DNA from: a phage
NCBI GenBank assembly: GCA_021081985.1
Contig: GCA_021081985.1_3639.1
Direction: 5' to 3' (one strand)
DNA length: 64,000 nt
This document shows positions 1 to 9,293 of the stretch, one piece after another. The notes beneath the pieces were generated by a model. That model searched no databases and was not told where the DNA came from. It worked only from the letters and a program-made list of their open reading frames with translations. How positions within the stretch are numbered: position 1 is the first letter of the stretch; the number at the start of each line of letters is the position of its first letter. Position numbers and translations under genes: made by a program.

Positions 1-146
1 ATAATCTTGCGAATATTTGGTTTTACCCAATCAATAAAATCATCTAATTTATCCCGTCTGAACCTATATGCCAGATACACACATACAGAGAACAGTACAG
101 TAGTCAGTAGAACGAACACCCAATACCAAATCATAATTATTAACCT

Positions 147-1472
147 TTAATATATAGGATCCCACGTCAAAGAATCTACCTCACGAACACATTTGCCAAC
201 AGGAAATTGCGGAACACCGTCATCGGTCCTTGCTTGGTATGTAAAAGTTATATACTTGCCGATAAGTTTTTTCATATTCTCTTGTGAGCGTTCTTCGTGT
301 GTGCCTCTCATCTTACAGTTAAATTGTGTACCATCCTTCTCAGCACACAACAGGACACCTTCTCCATTCTTATCCTCAAAGGAATCAAGAACTCTGGCCT
401 CACCATCCTGAAACAATTTCCACTTTTGAAGATCAGACGATCTTTGTCCAAACTCATACTTTCCGTGAAAGTTCCTTATTACAACACCCTCATAACCTGC
501 TTCCATAAACTCCTTGATGAGCATTTTAACACGATCCTCATCAGACACTATTGCTCCGTGCACTACTTTAATCAGGTTATAAGGCCATGTATACTCAGAG
601 ACTTTCTGTAAATTATTAAACCTACACTTGTCTGTGTCAGAAGACATCCATGGTGTGTCATCTTCCGAAGGTATATCGAAAATATGATATTCTAAGTCTA
701 AACTTGAATAACCACAATACTTATTAATATTTTTCTCTGGTTTCTTTGTGATAGGATGTTCTAACCCTTCGGAGTCTTTCCAAAACTCATCACCATTGTT
801 AATTGCTTTTTCAAATCGCTTTATGTCTGATTGATAGTCTTTTTCTATCTCACATTCTATCTCTTCTGGTGTTCTCCATTTCTTAGCCAAAGAGACTATT
901 TTCTGGAGACTTAACCCATGAATATACAACTCTCCATCAAACATTTTCAATCCTGTCTTTTTGGCTAGTTTAGACATCTGATCAAGCAATTGGCCTTGTA
1001 CAGGATATGTTTTATTGCCACGACTATTAAACACAGGCACGCCATCATCACCAACCAGAACAAGTGCTCTAACACCATCAAGTTTTGGTTGAACATGCAA
1101 AGGATACACTAAAGAACTTTTCCTTTTGATGGCATCATGTGCCAGCATTGGTGAGAAATCTTGGGTTTTTGTAAGATCATCCTTAGATACGCGATACCCA
1201 AGGCGTACTTGTTTTTCCCACTTAGATTTTGCCTCCAAAACAGCTTGTTCTGTATCAGTTGTCTCATTTTTCTTACCGATGTTTTTGGCAAAGCATTTTG
1301 TGCGTTTATACTGCATTTTACCGTTTTCTTTACCAAACTCAACAACAGTTTCTGATCCATCTGCCCACACATTCCACACTTGATATGTACCATCCCTGTT
1401 TAGGGCGTATAGTGTTGGAAGGTTATTTTCAAGCATTAAATACCTCGCTTGTGACAACAGGTTTTCCTTCAA
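147..1472 (-). CDS. ATP-dependent ligase (nucleotidyltransferase superfamily)
   Basis: 441 aa; motif I KLDGVR (active-site Lys), motif IV EGVVIRN, motif V KWKLF. Confidence 0.75.
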   Translation of the reverse strand: MKENLLSQARYLMLENNLPTLYALNRDGTYQVWNVWADGSETVVEFGKENGKMQYKRTKCFAKNIGKKNETTDTEQAVLEAKSKWEKQVRLGYRVSKDDLTKTQDFSPMLAHDAIKRKSSLVYPLHVQPKLDGVRALVLVGDDGVPVFNSRGNKTYPVQGQLLDQMSKLAKKTGLKMFDGELYIHGLSLQKIVSLAKKWRTPEEIECEIEKDYQSDIKRFEKAINNGDEFWKDSEGLEHPITKKPEKNINKYCGYSSLDLEYHIFDIPSEDDTPWMSSDTDKCRFNNLQKVSEYTWPYNLIKVVHGAIVSDEDRVKMLIKEFMEAGYEGVVIRNFHGKYEFGQRSSDLQKWKLFQDGEARVLDSFEDKNGEGVLLCAEKDGTQFNCKMRGTHEERSQENMKKLIGKYITFTYQARTDDGVPQFPVGKCVREVDSLTWDPIY

Positions 1473-2214
1473 GGTGATTTTCTACCAACTCAATAAGTTT
1501 TTGGTTGCTGAATGCTTCAACTGCTCCACAGCGCATTTGGTACACACCATATTTATCATACTGCTCTTGTTCAAAGTAATTGATCGCTGGGTTTATTACA
1601 ACCAGTTTAATACCTCGTTTTGCGATTGCATGCAGCAATTCCCAGTTAAAGTCGATAACCTGATTAGAGCAGCCAACCAGAAGTACAAGATCTTGAGTAT
1701 TCAAGTCATCAAGCATGGTAAACATGTCCTGATAAAGTGGTGCATTCTCACCGAAAAATACCACATTTGGCTTGCACCACCAGTAATCATCAGGGTCAAC
1801 AACCGCATATCCGACATCAATCACACGTTTAGGAAACTCTTCACCATTCTGTACAACAAGCTCTTTGAGAAAACCATGTACATGGAGAATATCCTTCTTT
1901 TCAATGCCAGCACGTTCAAGCAGATCGTCAACGTTTGTTGTAAGATTACGTACTTGTCCAGGATAACGGTTATACCATTCTGCTACACGAAGATGTGCCA
2001 TGTTGGGGTGCACAGTCTTCAATTCTTCACGGCGTTTGTTATAAAATTCGTGTGTTTTGTGGTAAAAATTACCACGAAATGCATGAATATTACATACTTC
2101 TTCAAGATCATATTCATCCCAAAGAGCTTTACCTGACGAAGTATCTGTACGGAATGTGCGAATACCGCTTTCTGTTGACATACCTGCACCACTAATCACA
2201 AGTAATCGACGCAT
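1429..2214 (-). CDS. Sir2/sirtuin-family NAD-dependent protein
   Basis: 261 aa; N-terminal GAGMSTESGIRTFR matches the sirtuin NAD-binding signature. Confidence 0.75.
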   Translation of the reverse strand: MRRLLVISGAGMSTESGIRTFRTDTSSGKALWDEYDLEEVCNIHAFRGNFYHKTHEFYNKRREELKTVHPNMAHLRVAEWYNRYPGQVRNLTTNVDDLLERAGIEKKDILHVHGFLKELVVQNGEEFPKRVIDVGYAVVDPDDYWWCKPNVVFFGENAPLYQDMFTMLDDLNTQDLVLLVGCSNQVIDFNWELLHAIAKRGIKLVVINPAINYFEQEQYDKYGVYQMRCGAVEAFSNQKLIELVENHLEGKPVVTSEVFNA

Positions 2215-2222
2215 ATAACCAC

Positions 2223-2630
2223 CTATTGTAATTTTAAAGAGTTACGTAAACGTGCTTCTTGACGGTCACGAATAAACTGCGGGACATCATGAATGCTTTC
2301 GTTACCATGATAATTTTCCACAACTACAGATGTTACATCATAGCAGTAGTTTTCTGCTAAGTCAAGATAAGGTTTCAACTCTTTCGCAGAAGTTGTTGTG
2401 TTTGAAACAATAATCTTTTCAACTTCATTCTGCATGTGGAGTTCTACTTTGTCACGACACCATTGATGAGCTTTGTGGATATTTTCTTCTTTCCACTCAT
2501 ACACACCGTCTTCGGTGTAATGAAATTGGTCAGCTTCACACACAGGCCAACGACCATCATCAGACAACTCTTTAGCAAGAGTTGATTTTCCTGACCCAGA
2601 GACACCACGTAAAATAAATAACTTTTTCAT
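2223..2630 (-). CDS. small P-loop kinase, possibly polynucleotide 5'-kinase-like
   Basis: 135 aa; Walker A GVSGSGKST near N-terminus; sits between Sir2 and ligase-like genes. Confidence 0.55.
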   Translation of the reverse strand: MKKLFILRGVSGSGKSTLAKELSDDGRWPVCEADQFHYTEDGVYEWKEENIHKAHQWCRDKVELHMQNEVEKIIVSNTTTSAKELKPYLDLAENYCYDVTSVVVENYHGNESIHDVPQFIRDRQEARLRNSLKLQ

Positions 2631-2640
2631 TAGTTTTCCT

Positions 2641-2973
2641 TTAGTATTGGTGACGATAAAACTTTATACCTAAAGTGTTTTCGAAATATTCTCTCGCCAA
2701 CATAAACTTGTTCACGGCAGATGGGTTAGAGCTATGTACGTGAATCTCTTTAAGATTCGTAAACTTACCATCATGAAGCTCACGTTCAATATAGATGAAA
2801 GCATCGTAACCTTCCTCATCACCACCCAAATCATTATCAAAATGGATGGAATCAATGTCGCTATCACTCATAAATTTTAGTAATGAGTAGAAGCTAGAGA
2901 GATTCTTACACCATAAGGCATTAGGGTATCCATAATCTACTGGATTTCGCAGATCATCCAACCACAGTTTCAA
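2641..2973 (-). CDS. hypothetical protein in repair cluster
   Basis: 110 aa ORF tightly packed between kinase and ligase-like genes; no motif recognised. Confidence 0.45.
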   Translation of the reverse strand: MKLWLDDLRNPVDYGYPNALWCKNLSSFYSLLKFMSDSDIDSIHFDNDLGGDEEGYDAFIYIERELHDGKFTNLKEIHVHSSNPSAVNKFMLAREYFENTLGIKFYRHQY

Positions 2974-3902
2974 ATTGTACCTCCGAAAAAATCCTCAATA
3001 ATTTCACGACGGAATTGTTCATGCAAACATTCCCAATGTTCTTTAGAATAGTTATCACGCAAATAGTTTAAAAGGTTATAATACTCTTCGTCAACTTTCT
3101 TCTTAGCTTCTTCTGGGTTTCCCCAAATCATATCCCACTTGTTCTTACCGCCACGCATCAAAAATTTCTTCGCCAAATAGTGTGGTGATTTTATCTTCAA
3201 GAGAAGATCTTGCTGTCCTGTAGCAGCACGTACAACAAACCCTTCATGTTTGCATTCTTTAGACATTTTCAGGATGTCTGAAAAGTGCATATTTATGTAA
3301 GTCTCTGGTCGTTTAAAACCGAACTCTTTTGCGATAAGATCCAGAGCTTTTTCACTAAGCATAGAAGTTAATTTGTCTTTATGAAATCGAACACCAATCA
3401 AATACACACCTGCCTTTTCTGGTACAATGTGTGGGTCTGAAGGAGCGCAAATCTCAAAGATAAATGTTGTCTTTGGTTCTTCCACACATGATAACAACAT
3501 TGGCAAATTAGTACATTCTTCCATGATCATACCTTTTGCAAGTTTTGCAAAATCGGAATCTAGAGTTCCTGTTGTTGAAACAATTAGCTCACCATTGTAT
3601 GAGCTTACTGCTGCCATGAAGCCATTAACTTTACGTGCTGCATTCACAACCATATCTTTTGGAAGATCAGTACCGTTCTCTAAATGATTGAAAATCTTGG
3701 TAAAAGGCCACACAACGATGTTGTCATCACTGTCCACAACCATACCACGGCAATCAAGTAAGCGACTGTCTTGATCCCACAAGTTTTCCCAAAAAACTTT
3801 GTTACTGTATTTCAAAACAGACAAACCTTTAAACTCACCACTGGTATAAGTCTTCTTTTTGACAAGGCCTTTTGATACTAAATCTTCAACATTGAATTTC
3901 AT
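2970..3902 (-). CDS. ligase-family nucleotidyltransferase, likely RNA ligase
   Basis: 310 aa; motif I RKVNGF (KxNG), motif IV EGFVVR, motif V LLKIKSP. Confidence 0.6.
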   Translation of the reverse strand: MKFNVEDLVSKGLVKKKTYTSGEFKGLSVLKYSNKVFWENLWDQDSRLLDCRGMVVDSDDNIVVWPFTKIFNHLENGTDLPKDMVVNAARKVNGFMAAVSSYNGELIVSTTGTLDSDFAKLAKGMIMEECTNLPMLLSCVEEPKTTFIFEICAPSDPHIVPEKAGVYLIGVRFHKDKLTSMLSEKALDLIAKEFGFKRPETYINMHFSDILKMSKECKHEGFVVRAATGQQDLLLKIKSPHYLAKKFLMRGGKNKWDMIWGNPEEAKKKVDEEYYNLLNYLRDNYSKEHWECLHEQFRREIIEDFFGGTI

Positions 3903-4099
3903 TTGTCTTCACCGTCACTATTGTATGATTGTTTATTAAATGACTCAATTATACATGTTGATCGTCTTGCGTCAACAGATTGGCTTGTTAAATCTTTAGC
4001 AACAACTAGTTTTTCCACATCATCTTTTTTGATGGATCCGTAAGCACCAGAATCCATCATGAAGAATATTTTATCTTCTGTTATCTTGTGTATTTTCAT
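3899..4099 (-). CDS. hypothetical small protein
   Basis: 66 aa ORF, 4-nt overlap with upstream gene. Confidence 0.3.
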   Translation of the reverse strand: MKIHKITEDKIFFMMDSGAYGSIKKDDVEKLVVAKDLTSQSVDARRSTCIIESFNKQSYNSDGEDK

Positions 4100-4120
4100 T
4101 CATAAAATCTCAATAATTAT

Positions 4121-4699
4121 TCAATGGCCATCAGCAGTGAAAACGTCTTTTTCCATACACATTTGGTATGCTTCTGGCAGACCCAAAATTCTCCCATGTA
4201 CATCCCAACCAACATCAAGAATCCGTCCTTTCGCACTGTAAGATCCGTGACTGTGCCCATGCAAGAACACAGACCCATAGTGAGATTTATTCCACGCGGC
4301 AAACGGGTAATGACTCATACAAATTTTTTGTTCATAATCGTTAAATTCGTAATAATCGCACACATCATGACCACGTTTTTTGAATGTTTTAATCGCATCA
4401 AAATTGTCATGATTACCTTTGACAAGGACGATATGCCCAACAAGTTCATCAAGAATTTCTTCAAGTCTTTTAATAACTTGCTTGCCACGACCAAAACAAA
4501 AATCACCAAGCACAAAAGTCACAGTATCGGCATCTGCGCCGTGGTTAAATTTCACTGTGAGGTCTTGGTTCATTTGTTCAACGGTTTTGTACAAATCACC
4601 ACGAAAACGTTTTGAACTCTCAAAGTTCAGGATGTTTTTATGCCAGTAATGTAAATCAGATGTTACACGGTATTTGGTTCCCATTTCTCTCTCCCTCAC
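4121..4699 (-). CDS. calcineurin-like metallophosphoesterase
   Basis: 192 aa; GDxxxGR, GNHD and GHSH metal-binding motifs. Confidence 0.75.
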   Translation of the reverse strand: MREREMGTKYRVTSDLHYWHKNILNFESSKRFRGDLYKTVEQMNQDLTVKFNHGADADTVTFVLGDFCFGRGKQVIKRLEEILDELVGHIVLVKGNHDNFDAIKTFKKRGHDVCDYYEFNDYEQKICMSHYPFAAWNKSHYGSVFLHGHSHGSYSAKGRILDVGWDVHGRILGLPEAYQMCMEKDVFTADGH

Positions 4700-4709
4700 A
4701 CAACAAAAA

Positions 4710-5147
4710 TCACTGTCGCTCTAACAAATCTTCTGCTGGATAAGCATACAGCATGTATTCCCAACCACGATGGTAATGTCTGTGTTGCCAGTTGATTAAT
4801 TTTAGACACACAATGTTCACCACGTTCCTGTCCCCATGGATAAAAACACAAGTCTCAAGGATTGACTTTCCAAACTCAACATGACTGTCAAGATACAGTT
4901 TTGTGTTGTATCTTTTTTCAGCATCCAGCATGATCTGTTTCAAGGCCAGAAATGCCTCGCAACACACAGATTTTTCATCAGAAATCATTTTGATATTCAA
5001 GCATTCACCCCCACACAGGCAACCACGCAAATCGTGTCTGATCACCACAACACAATCGGTTTGAAACAAACCTGTTTGACACACAACAGGCATCGTCGTA
5101 GTGTCATGCCTAAACACAGACAGATATGATACGACGAAGATCCCCAC
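4710..5147 (-). CDS. hypothetical Cys-rich protein
   Basis: 145 aa ORF, several Cys pairs; first gene downstream of the AT-rich control region on the minus strand. Confidence 0.4.
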   Translation of the reverse strand: MGIFVVSYLSVFRHDTTTMPVVCQTGLFQTDCVVVIRHDLRGCLCGGECLNIKMISDEKSVCCEAFLALKQIMLDAEKRYNTKLYLDSHVEFGKSILETCVFIHGDRNVVNIVCLKLINWQHRHYHRGWEYMLYAYPAEDLLERQ

Positions 5148-5362
5148 ACAGAGTCACATAGTGACTTGTGACAACCCGAATCCATGATTGAGATAAACAC
5201 ACAGAGACAAACCTGTAGGGTTTGTTGATGTGGGTTTATCTCAGAATGGCTCATGAGGGTTAGATGATCACAAGCTATCAGCGCAGTGAGCATCTTACAC
5301 ACTCACGTATTGCCTGAAGAGTCTCATCGACTCATGCTTTCAGGCAAAACACTATGAACTCT

Positions 5363-5406
5363 ATGATTCGAAATCATCGAACCATACGATTCGACTCAAT
5401 CGAATC
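5363..5406. repeat. palindromes ATGATTcgaAATCAT and GATTCGA-n5-TCGAATC
   Basis: Perfect inverted repeats read directly in the divergent intergenic region. Confidence 0.6.
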
Positions 5407-5493
5407 ATATCAACAAAAATATTTAAAATCAAGTCTTGACATTCTTCAAGACTTAATGTATTTTAAATAAATTTTATATAATATATTATTATA

Positions 5494-5596
5494 TATAATA
5501 CGTAGTATTATATTATATTAAATTATATTATATAATTTATATTATATTAGATCATATTAAATAGATCATAGTATTATAATACGTAGTATTATATTT
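5494..5596. repeat. AT-rich direct repeats (aatacgtagtattatat x2, tagatcat x2)
   Basis: Two copies of a 17-19 nt unit about 80 bp apart in an almost pure AT stretch. Confidence 0.6.
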
Positions 5597-5644
5597 AATA
5601 GATCTTATAAGTTAGTTTAATTTGATCAGTTAGTATTGTGTCCC

Positions 5645-5689
5645 CAAAACGGGGACATACCCATGTCCCTGAAATGGGGACATATGGGA
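5645..5689. promoter_or_regulatory. paired hairpin/operator-like sites GTCCCC-n-GGGGAC
   Basis: gtccccaaaacggggaca and gtccctgaaatggggaca in tandem just upstream of a TTGACA box. Confidence 0.4.
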
Positions 5690-5693
5690 GGGG

Positions 5694-5722
5694 TTGACAT
5701 TGTGTGGGGTTATGGGTAGCAT
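5694..5722 (+). promoter_or_regulatory. sigma70-like promoter candidate
   Basis: TTGACA, 17-nt spacer, TAGCAT. Confidence 0.35.
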
Positions 5723-6129
5723 TCTCGGTGTTGGATTACACACCGGAGTTTGCCTTGAAATCTAATGTTGGGGGTTTCCATGTAAATCCGAAAGCTGGGT
5801 CATACATCGCTGTCCCGACAGAGTGGGTTTTTGATGAACGGTTATCACCAAGCGATCTGCAAAGATTGATACGCTTGTTGTGGAGATACGAGTATTTCAA
5901 GAATCTGAACCCTCTGGGTGGGGAACTGGTATTCTTTCCGTCACAACAATCCTTGTGTGGCCTGTTGGGGTGGAATGAAAACTCACGAACCAAAGTGTCT
6001 GAATTTCTGTCTCGGATGGAGAGCTTTGGTTATATCAGGCGTGTTAGATCAGGATTTCAGGATTCTGATGGTAACGTGAAACCAAGAAATTATATTATCG
6101 TCAATCGTATCAGAGGGGATAAATCATGA
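5704..6129 (+). CDS. hypothetical protein
   Basis: 141 aa ORF, 4-nt overlap with the downstream Prs-like gene; start uncertain because it overlaps the promoter-like site. Confidence 0.4.
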   Translation: MGLWVAFSVLDYTPEFALKSNVGGFHVNPKAGSYIAVPTEWVFDERLSPSDLQRLIRLLWRYEYFKNLNPLGGELVFFPSQQSLCGLLGWNENSRTKVSEFLSRMESFGYIRRVRSGFQDSDGNVKPRNYIIVNRIRGDKS

Positions 6130-6935
6130 ATATTCGTTTGAGTTTGAACAAGCTACATGTGCCAGTTGACCATTTCACATTTAGTGGTGGTGAGGAGCAG
6201 ATTAAGATCGATATGCGTCATGTTCCGCATGGTTCGATAGGTTTTGTTGATATCTTCGCTAGACTCAAGAACTCACAGGATGTGATGTGTTTGGCACTGC
6301 TTGTTGATGCAGTTAATCGTCTTGGCAATTTGGATGTTGGTGTGGAAAAGGTTTTACACCTGCCGTACATTCCGTATGCTCGACAAGACCGAGTTATGAA
6401 CCCTGGAGAATCTCTGTCGGTGAAAGTCTTTGCCACAATGATTAACTCGCTTGGTTTCCACAAAGTCATCGTCGATGATCCACACAGTGACGTATCCGCA
6501 GCACTGATTGATAACGTGAAAATTCGTTCTCAGACTGATTTGTTCTTGAACATGAATTTTGATTTTGATCTGCTTACGGACGAATCGCTTGTGTTGGTTG
6601 CTCCAGATGCAGGTGCACGCAAGAAGACCCAGAAGGTTGCTGATACCTTGGAACTATCTGTGGTTGAAGCAGGTAAAATCCGTGATGTGGGAACAGGGGC
6701 AATCACAGGCACAACAGTGTTTGGTGATGTTGGTGGGAAGACATGCCTGATTGTCGATGATATCTGCGATGGTGGGTTTACGTTTACAAACTTAGCTCAA
6801 GCCTTGAAAGCTGCTGGTGCAAAACGTGTTATTTTGTATGTTACGCATGGAATTTTCTCTCGTGGGAAAGAATTTATTCTCGACGGTGGTGTTGACGAAA
6901 TTTATGCATACTACGACTGGACAGAAAATTTTTAA
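6126..6935 (+). CDS. PRPP-synthetase-like phosphoribosyl pyrophosphokinase
   Basis: 269 aa; PRPP-binding signature LVAPDAGA and IVDDICDGG. Confidence 0.7.
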   Translation: MNIRLSLNKLHVPVDHFTFSGGEEQIKIDMRHVPHGSIGFVDIFARLKNSQDVMCLALLVDAVNRLGNLDVGVEKVLHLPYIPYARQDRVMNPGESLSVKVFATMINSLGFHKVIVDDPHSDVSAALIDNVKIRSQTDLFLNMNFDFDLLTDESLVLVAPDAGARKKTQKVADTLELSVVEAGKIRDVGTGAITGTTVFGDVGGKTCLIVDDICDGGFTFTNLAQALKAAGAKRVILYVTHGIFSRGKEFILDGGVDEIYAYYDWTENF

Positions 6936-6999
6936 GTTGGTATTGACAAAGATACGTTTTAGTGAAAAAATACGTTTTTAGGATTGGAGGGTTGAGATC

Positions 7000-8715
7000 A
7001 TGCTTCACAAAGAAAGTCCATTGCTGTTTGCAGATTTTTATAAACCAAGTCACATCTCGATGTACGACAAACGTTCACAGTTTGTTCAAGACAACATGAC
7101 ACCACGCAATGCGAAACACTTTGTACACTTTGCAGATGATGACCATCGTGTAATGTTTGCTGGTCTTCAGGGATTTATCAAGTGGTTCCTGATTGACATG
7201 TTTAATAATAATTTCTTTGCTTTACCGAAAGAAAAGGCGATTCAGGATTACAAAGAGATTTGTGATTTGAGCATTGGGAAGGATGCTGTTGAAACTTGGG
7301 GTTTTGAGAGATTGCATGATCTTGGATATCTCCCAATTGAAATTAGAGCTTTGCCTGAAGGAACTCTTGTTCCTGTTCAGGTTCCTATGTTCACGATTCA
7401 GAACACGCACCCTGATTTTTACTGGCTGCCAAACTTCCTTGAGAGCGTGATCTCCTCGGAGACTTGGAAGACAATTACCACGGCAACGACTTTCTGGCAA
7501 TATCGTAAACTATCAGAACTGTGGGCAAAGAAAACATGTGATAACAACGATCACGTTCCTTTCCAGAACCATTGTTTTGCATACCGTGGTGAAGCTGGAA
7601 CACATGACGCAGCACAGAGCGAATTTGGGCAACTGATTAGCTCAATGGGCACAGATACAATTCCAGCGATTGTTTACGCAAATCGCTATTACAACATGAA
7701 AGGTCGCTTTGTTGCTGGGTCTATTCCCGCATCTGAGCATAGCGTAGCGACAACGAACATTGGTTTTATTGTTGAGCGTATCCAGCAGGAAAATCCTGAC
7801 ATGTCGCTTGCTGAAGCACGTTTTCGTGCTGAAGTTGAGTTCTTAAAGCGTTATGCAACAGAGATTTTTCCGTCAGGCTATGCTTCATACGTCGCAGACA
7901 GCTATGATTTTTGGGCAATCATTACACAAGCAGCCAAAATCCTGAAAGATGAGATTATGTCTCGTGATGGCAAGCTGGTCTTCCGACCGGACAGTGGGAT
8001 CCCAGAGCACATCATTGCTGGCTATCGTGTGTGCTCTCAGGAAGAATGGGCAACGGGACAGTGCTGTGATATGGATGCTGTGCTGTTTAAAAATGGCAAA
8101 TATGTCACTCTGTACGAGATGTCCAGAGACACTTCTTGGATGCGAGATTCGGAAGGCAACCTCGTAGATTGGAAATCTTTGACAGGTGATGAATTTACAA
8201 ATTATCTTACCAAAGAGGAGGTTAAGGGTGCTGTACAATGCTTGTGGGAAATCTTTGGTGGTAGTGTAAACTCTTTGGGTTACAAAGTTCTTGATAGCCA
8301 TGTTGGTTTAATCTACGGAGACTCTATCACAATCTCTCGTGCTAAAGAGATCTTTGAGCGCCTTGAAGAACGAGGCTTTGCTTCCAGCAACATTGTGTTT
8401 GGTGTAGGATCTTATACAACGCAATATACAACCCGTGATTCTCTTGGGATGGCTGTAAAAGCTACTGGTGCTGTGATTGATGGCAGACAAGTAATGGTTG
8501 TAAAAGAGCCTAAGACTGATCTTGGGAAGAAATCTGCGAAAGGTTTTGTTAAAGTTATTCGTGGTGATGATGGTGAGTTGAAGCTGGTAGATAATCTTGG
8601 TATTAATCAGGTATCTGACCCTGACAACGAGCTTAGAACAGTTTTTGTTAATGGTAAGCTGCTTGTGGATGAGGATCTTGAAGAAATTCGTCAAAGAGCT
8701 TTGTCACAGCTTTAG
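7000..8715 (+). CDS. nicotinamide phosphoribosyltransferase family protein
   Basis: 571 aa; N-terminus LFADFYKPSH and overall length typical of NAMPT/NadV. Confidence 0.75.
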   Translation: MLHKESPLLFADFYKPSHISMYDKRSQFVQDNMTPRNAKHFVHFADDDHRVMFAGLQGFIKWFLIDMFNNNFFALPKEKAIQDYKEICDLSIGKDAVETWGFERLHDLGYLPIEIRALPEGTLVPVQVPMFTIQNTHPDFYWLPNFLESVISSETWKTITTATTFWQYRKLSELWAKKTCDNNDHVPFQNHCFAYRGEAGTHDAAQSEFGQLISSMGTDTIPAIVYANRYYNMKGRFVAGSIPASEHSVATTNIGFIVERIQQENPDMSLAEARFRAEVEFLKRYATEIFPSGYASYVADSYDFWAIITQAAKILKDEIMSRDGKLVFRPDSGIPEHIIAGYRVCSQEEWATGQCCDMDAVLFKNGKYVTLYEMSRDTSWMRDSEGNLVDWKSLTGDEFTNYLTKEEVKGAVQCLWEIFGGSVNSLGYKVLDSHVGLIYGDSITISRAKEIFERLEERGFASSNIVFGVGSYTTQYTTRDSLGMAVKATGAVIDGRQVMVVKEPKTDLGKKSAKGFVKVIRGDDGELKLVDNLGINQVSDPDNELRTVFVNGKLLVDEDLEEIRQRALSQL

Positions 8716-8728
8716 CAGCATAATCATT

Positions 8729-8751
8729 CCCCTCCGCACGGAGGGGTTTTT
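8729..8751 (+). terminator. rho-independent terminator
   Basis: CCCCTCCG-cac-GGAGGGG followed by TTTTT. Confidence 0.7.
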
Positions 8752-8769
8752 CATTCCTAGGAGAGCGTT

Positions 8770-8976
8770 TTGAGAAATTTCGTAGTCAAGCACGACAGAA
8801 ACCGTGCATCAGTCCACACAGACATGAAAAAAGCGTGGGAGCCAGATATCCTTGACGGACTAGAAGAACATTACATCGAAGTCGGTCTTTGCAAGGATGC
8901 CTCATGTGACCTTTCCCCTCATGAGATTGCAGTAGCAGAATACGAACGTGGTGTCAAGGCTTCTGGAATAGTTTAA
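8770..8976 (+). CDS. hypothetical small protein
   Basis: 68 aa ORF. Confidence 0.3.
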   Translation: MRNFVVKHDRNRASVHTDMKKAWEPDILDGLEEHYIEVGLCKDASCDLSPHEIAVAEYERGVKASGIV

Positions 8977-9044
8977 TTGACAAAAATAAACACCACTGAT
9001 AAGATCTAATAACAAGATAAAAATAAAGTTAGTGGTGATTTGTT

Positions 9045-9293
9045 ATGTTTAAATTAAAAATGGTTCTTAAGTCTGATAACGGGGAGTACGTAGAACATGA
9101 GTCTTTTCATAAAACACATGATGATGCGCTTGAAGAAGCGGATGATGTCGCTTTTTCTACAACTGGTTTTGGAATTGAATCCTGGAAATATATTGCATCG
9201 TTCGGTGAAGAAGGCGGGTTATATTATTTCTACCCCATCGAAGGGATTAGTACAACAAAGTACGTTATCAGGATCCTTAGAACAACCGTATAA
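9045..9293 (+). CDS. hypothetical small acidic protein
   Basis: 82 aa ORF. Confidence 0.3.
   Translation: MFKLKMVLKSDNGEYVEHESFHKTHDDALEEADDVAFSTTGFGIESWKYIASFGEEGGLYYFYPIEGISTTKYVIRILRTTV

Noticed and set aside
1474-2136. 220-aa plus-strand ORF
   Set aside because: Entirely antisense to the Sir2 gene, which has a clear catalytic signature; low-complexity translation
5460-5600. Possible CRISPR array in the AT-rich repeat region
   Set aside because: Repeats are short, AT-only and irregularly spaced, with no conserved repeat-spacer periodicity and no cas genes nearby
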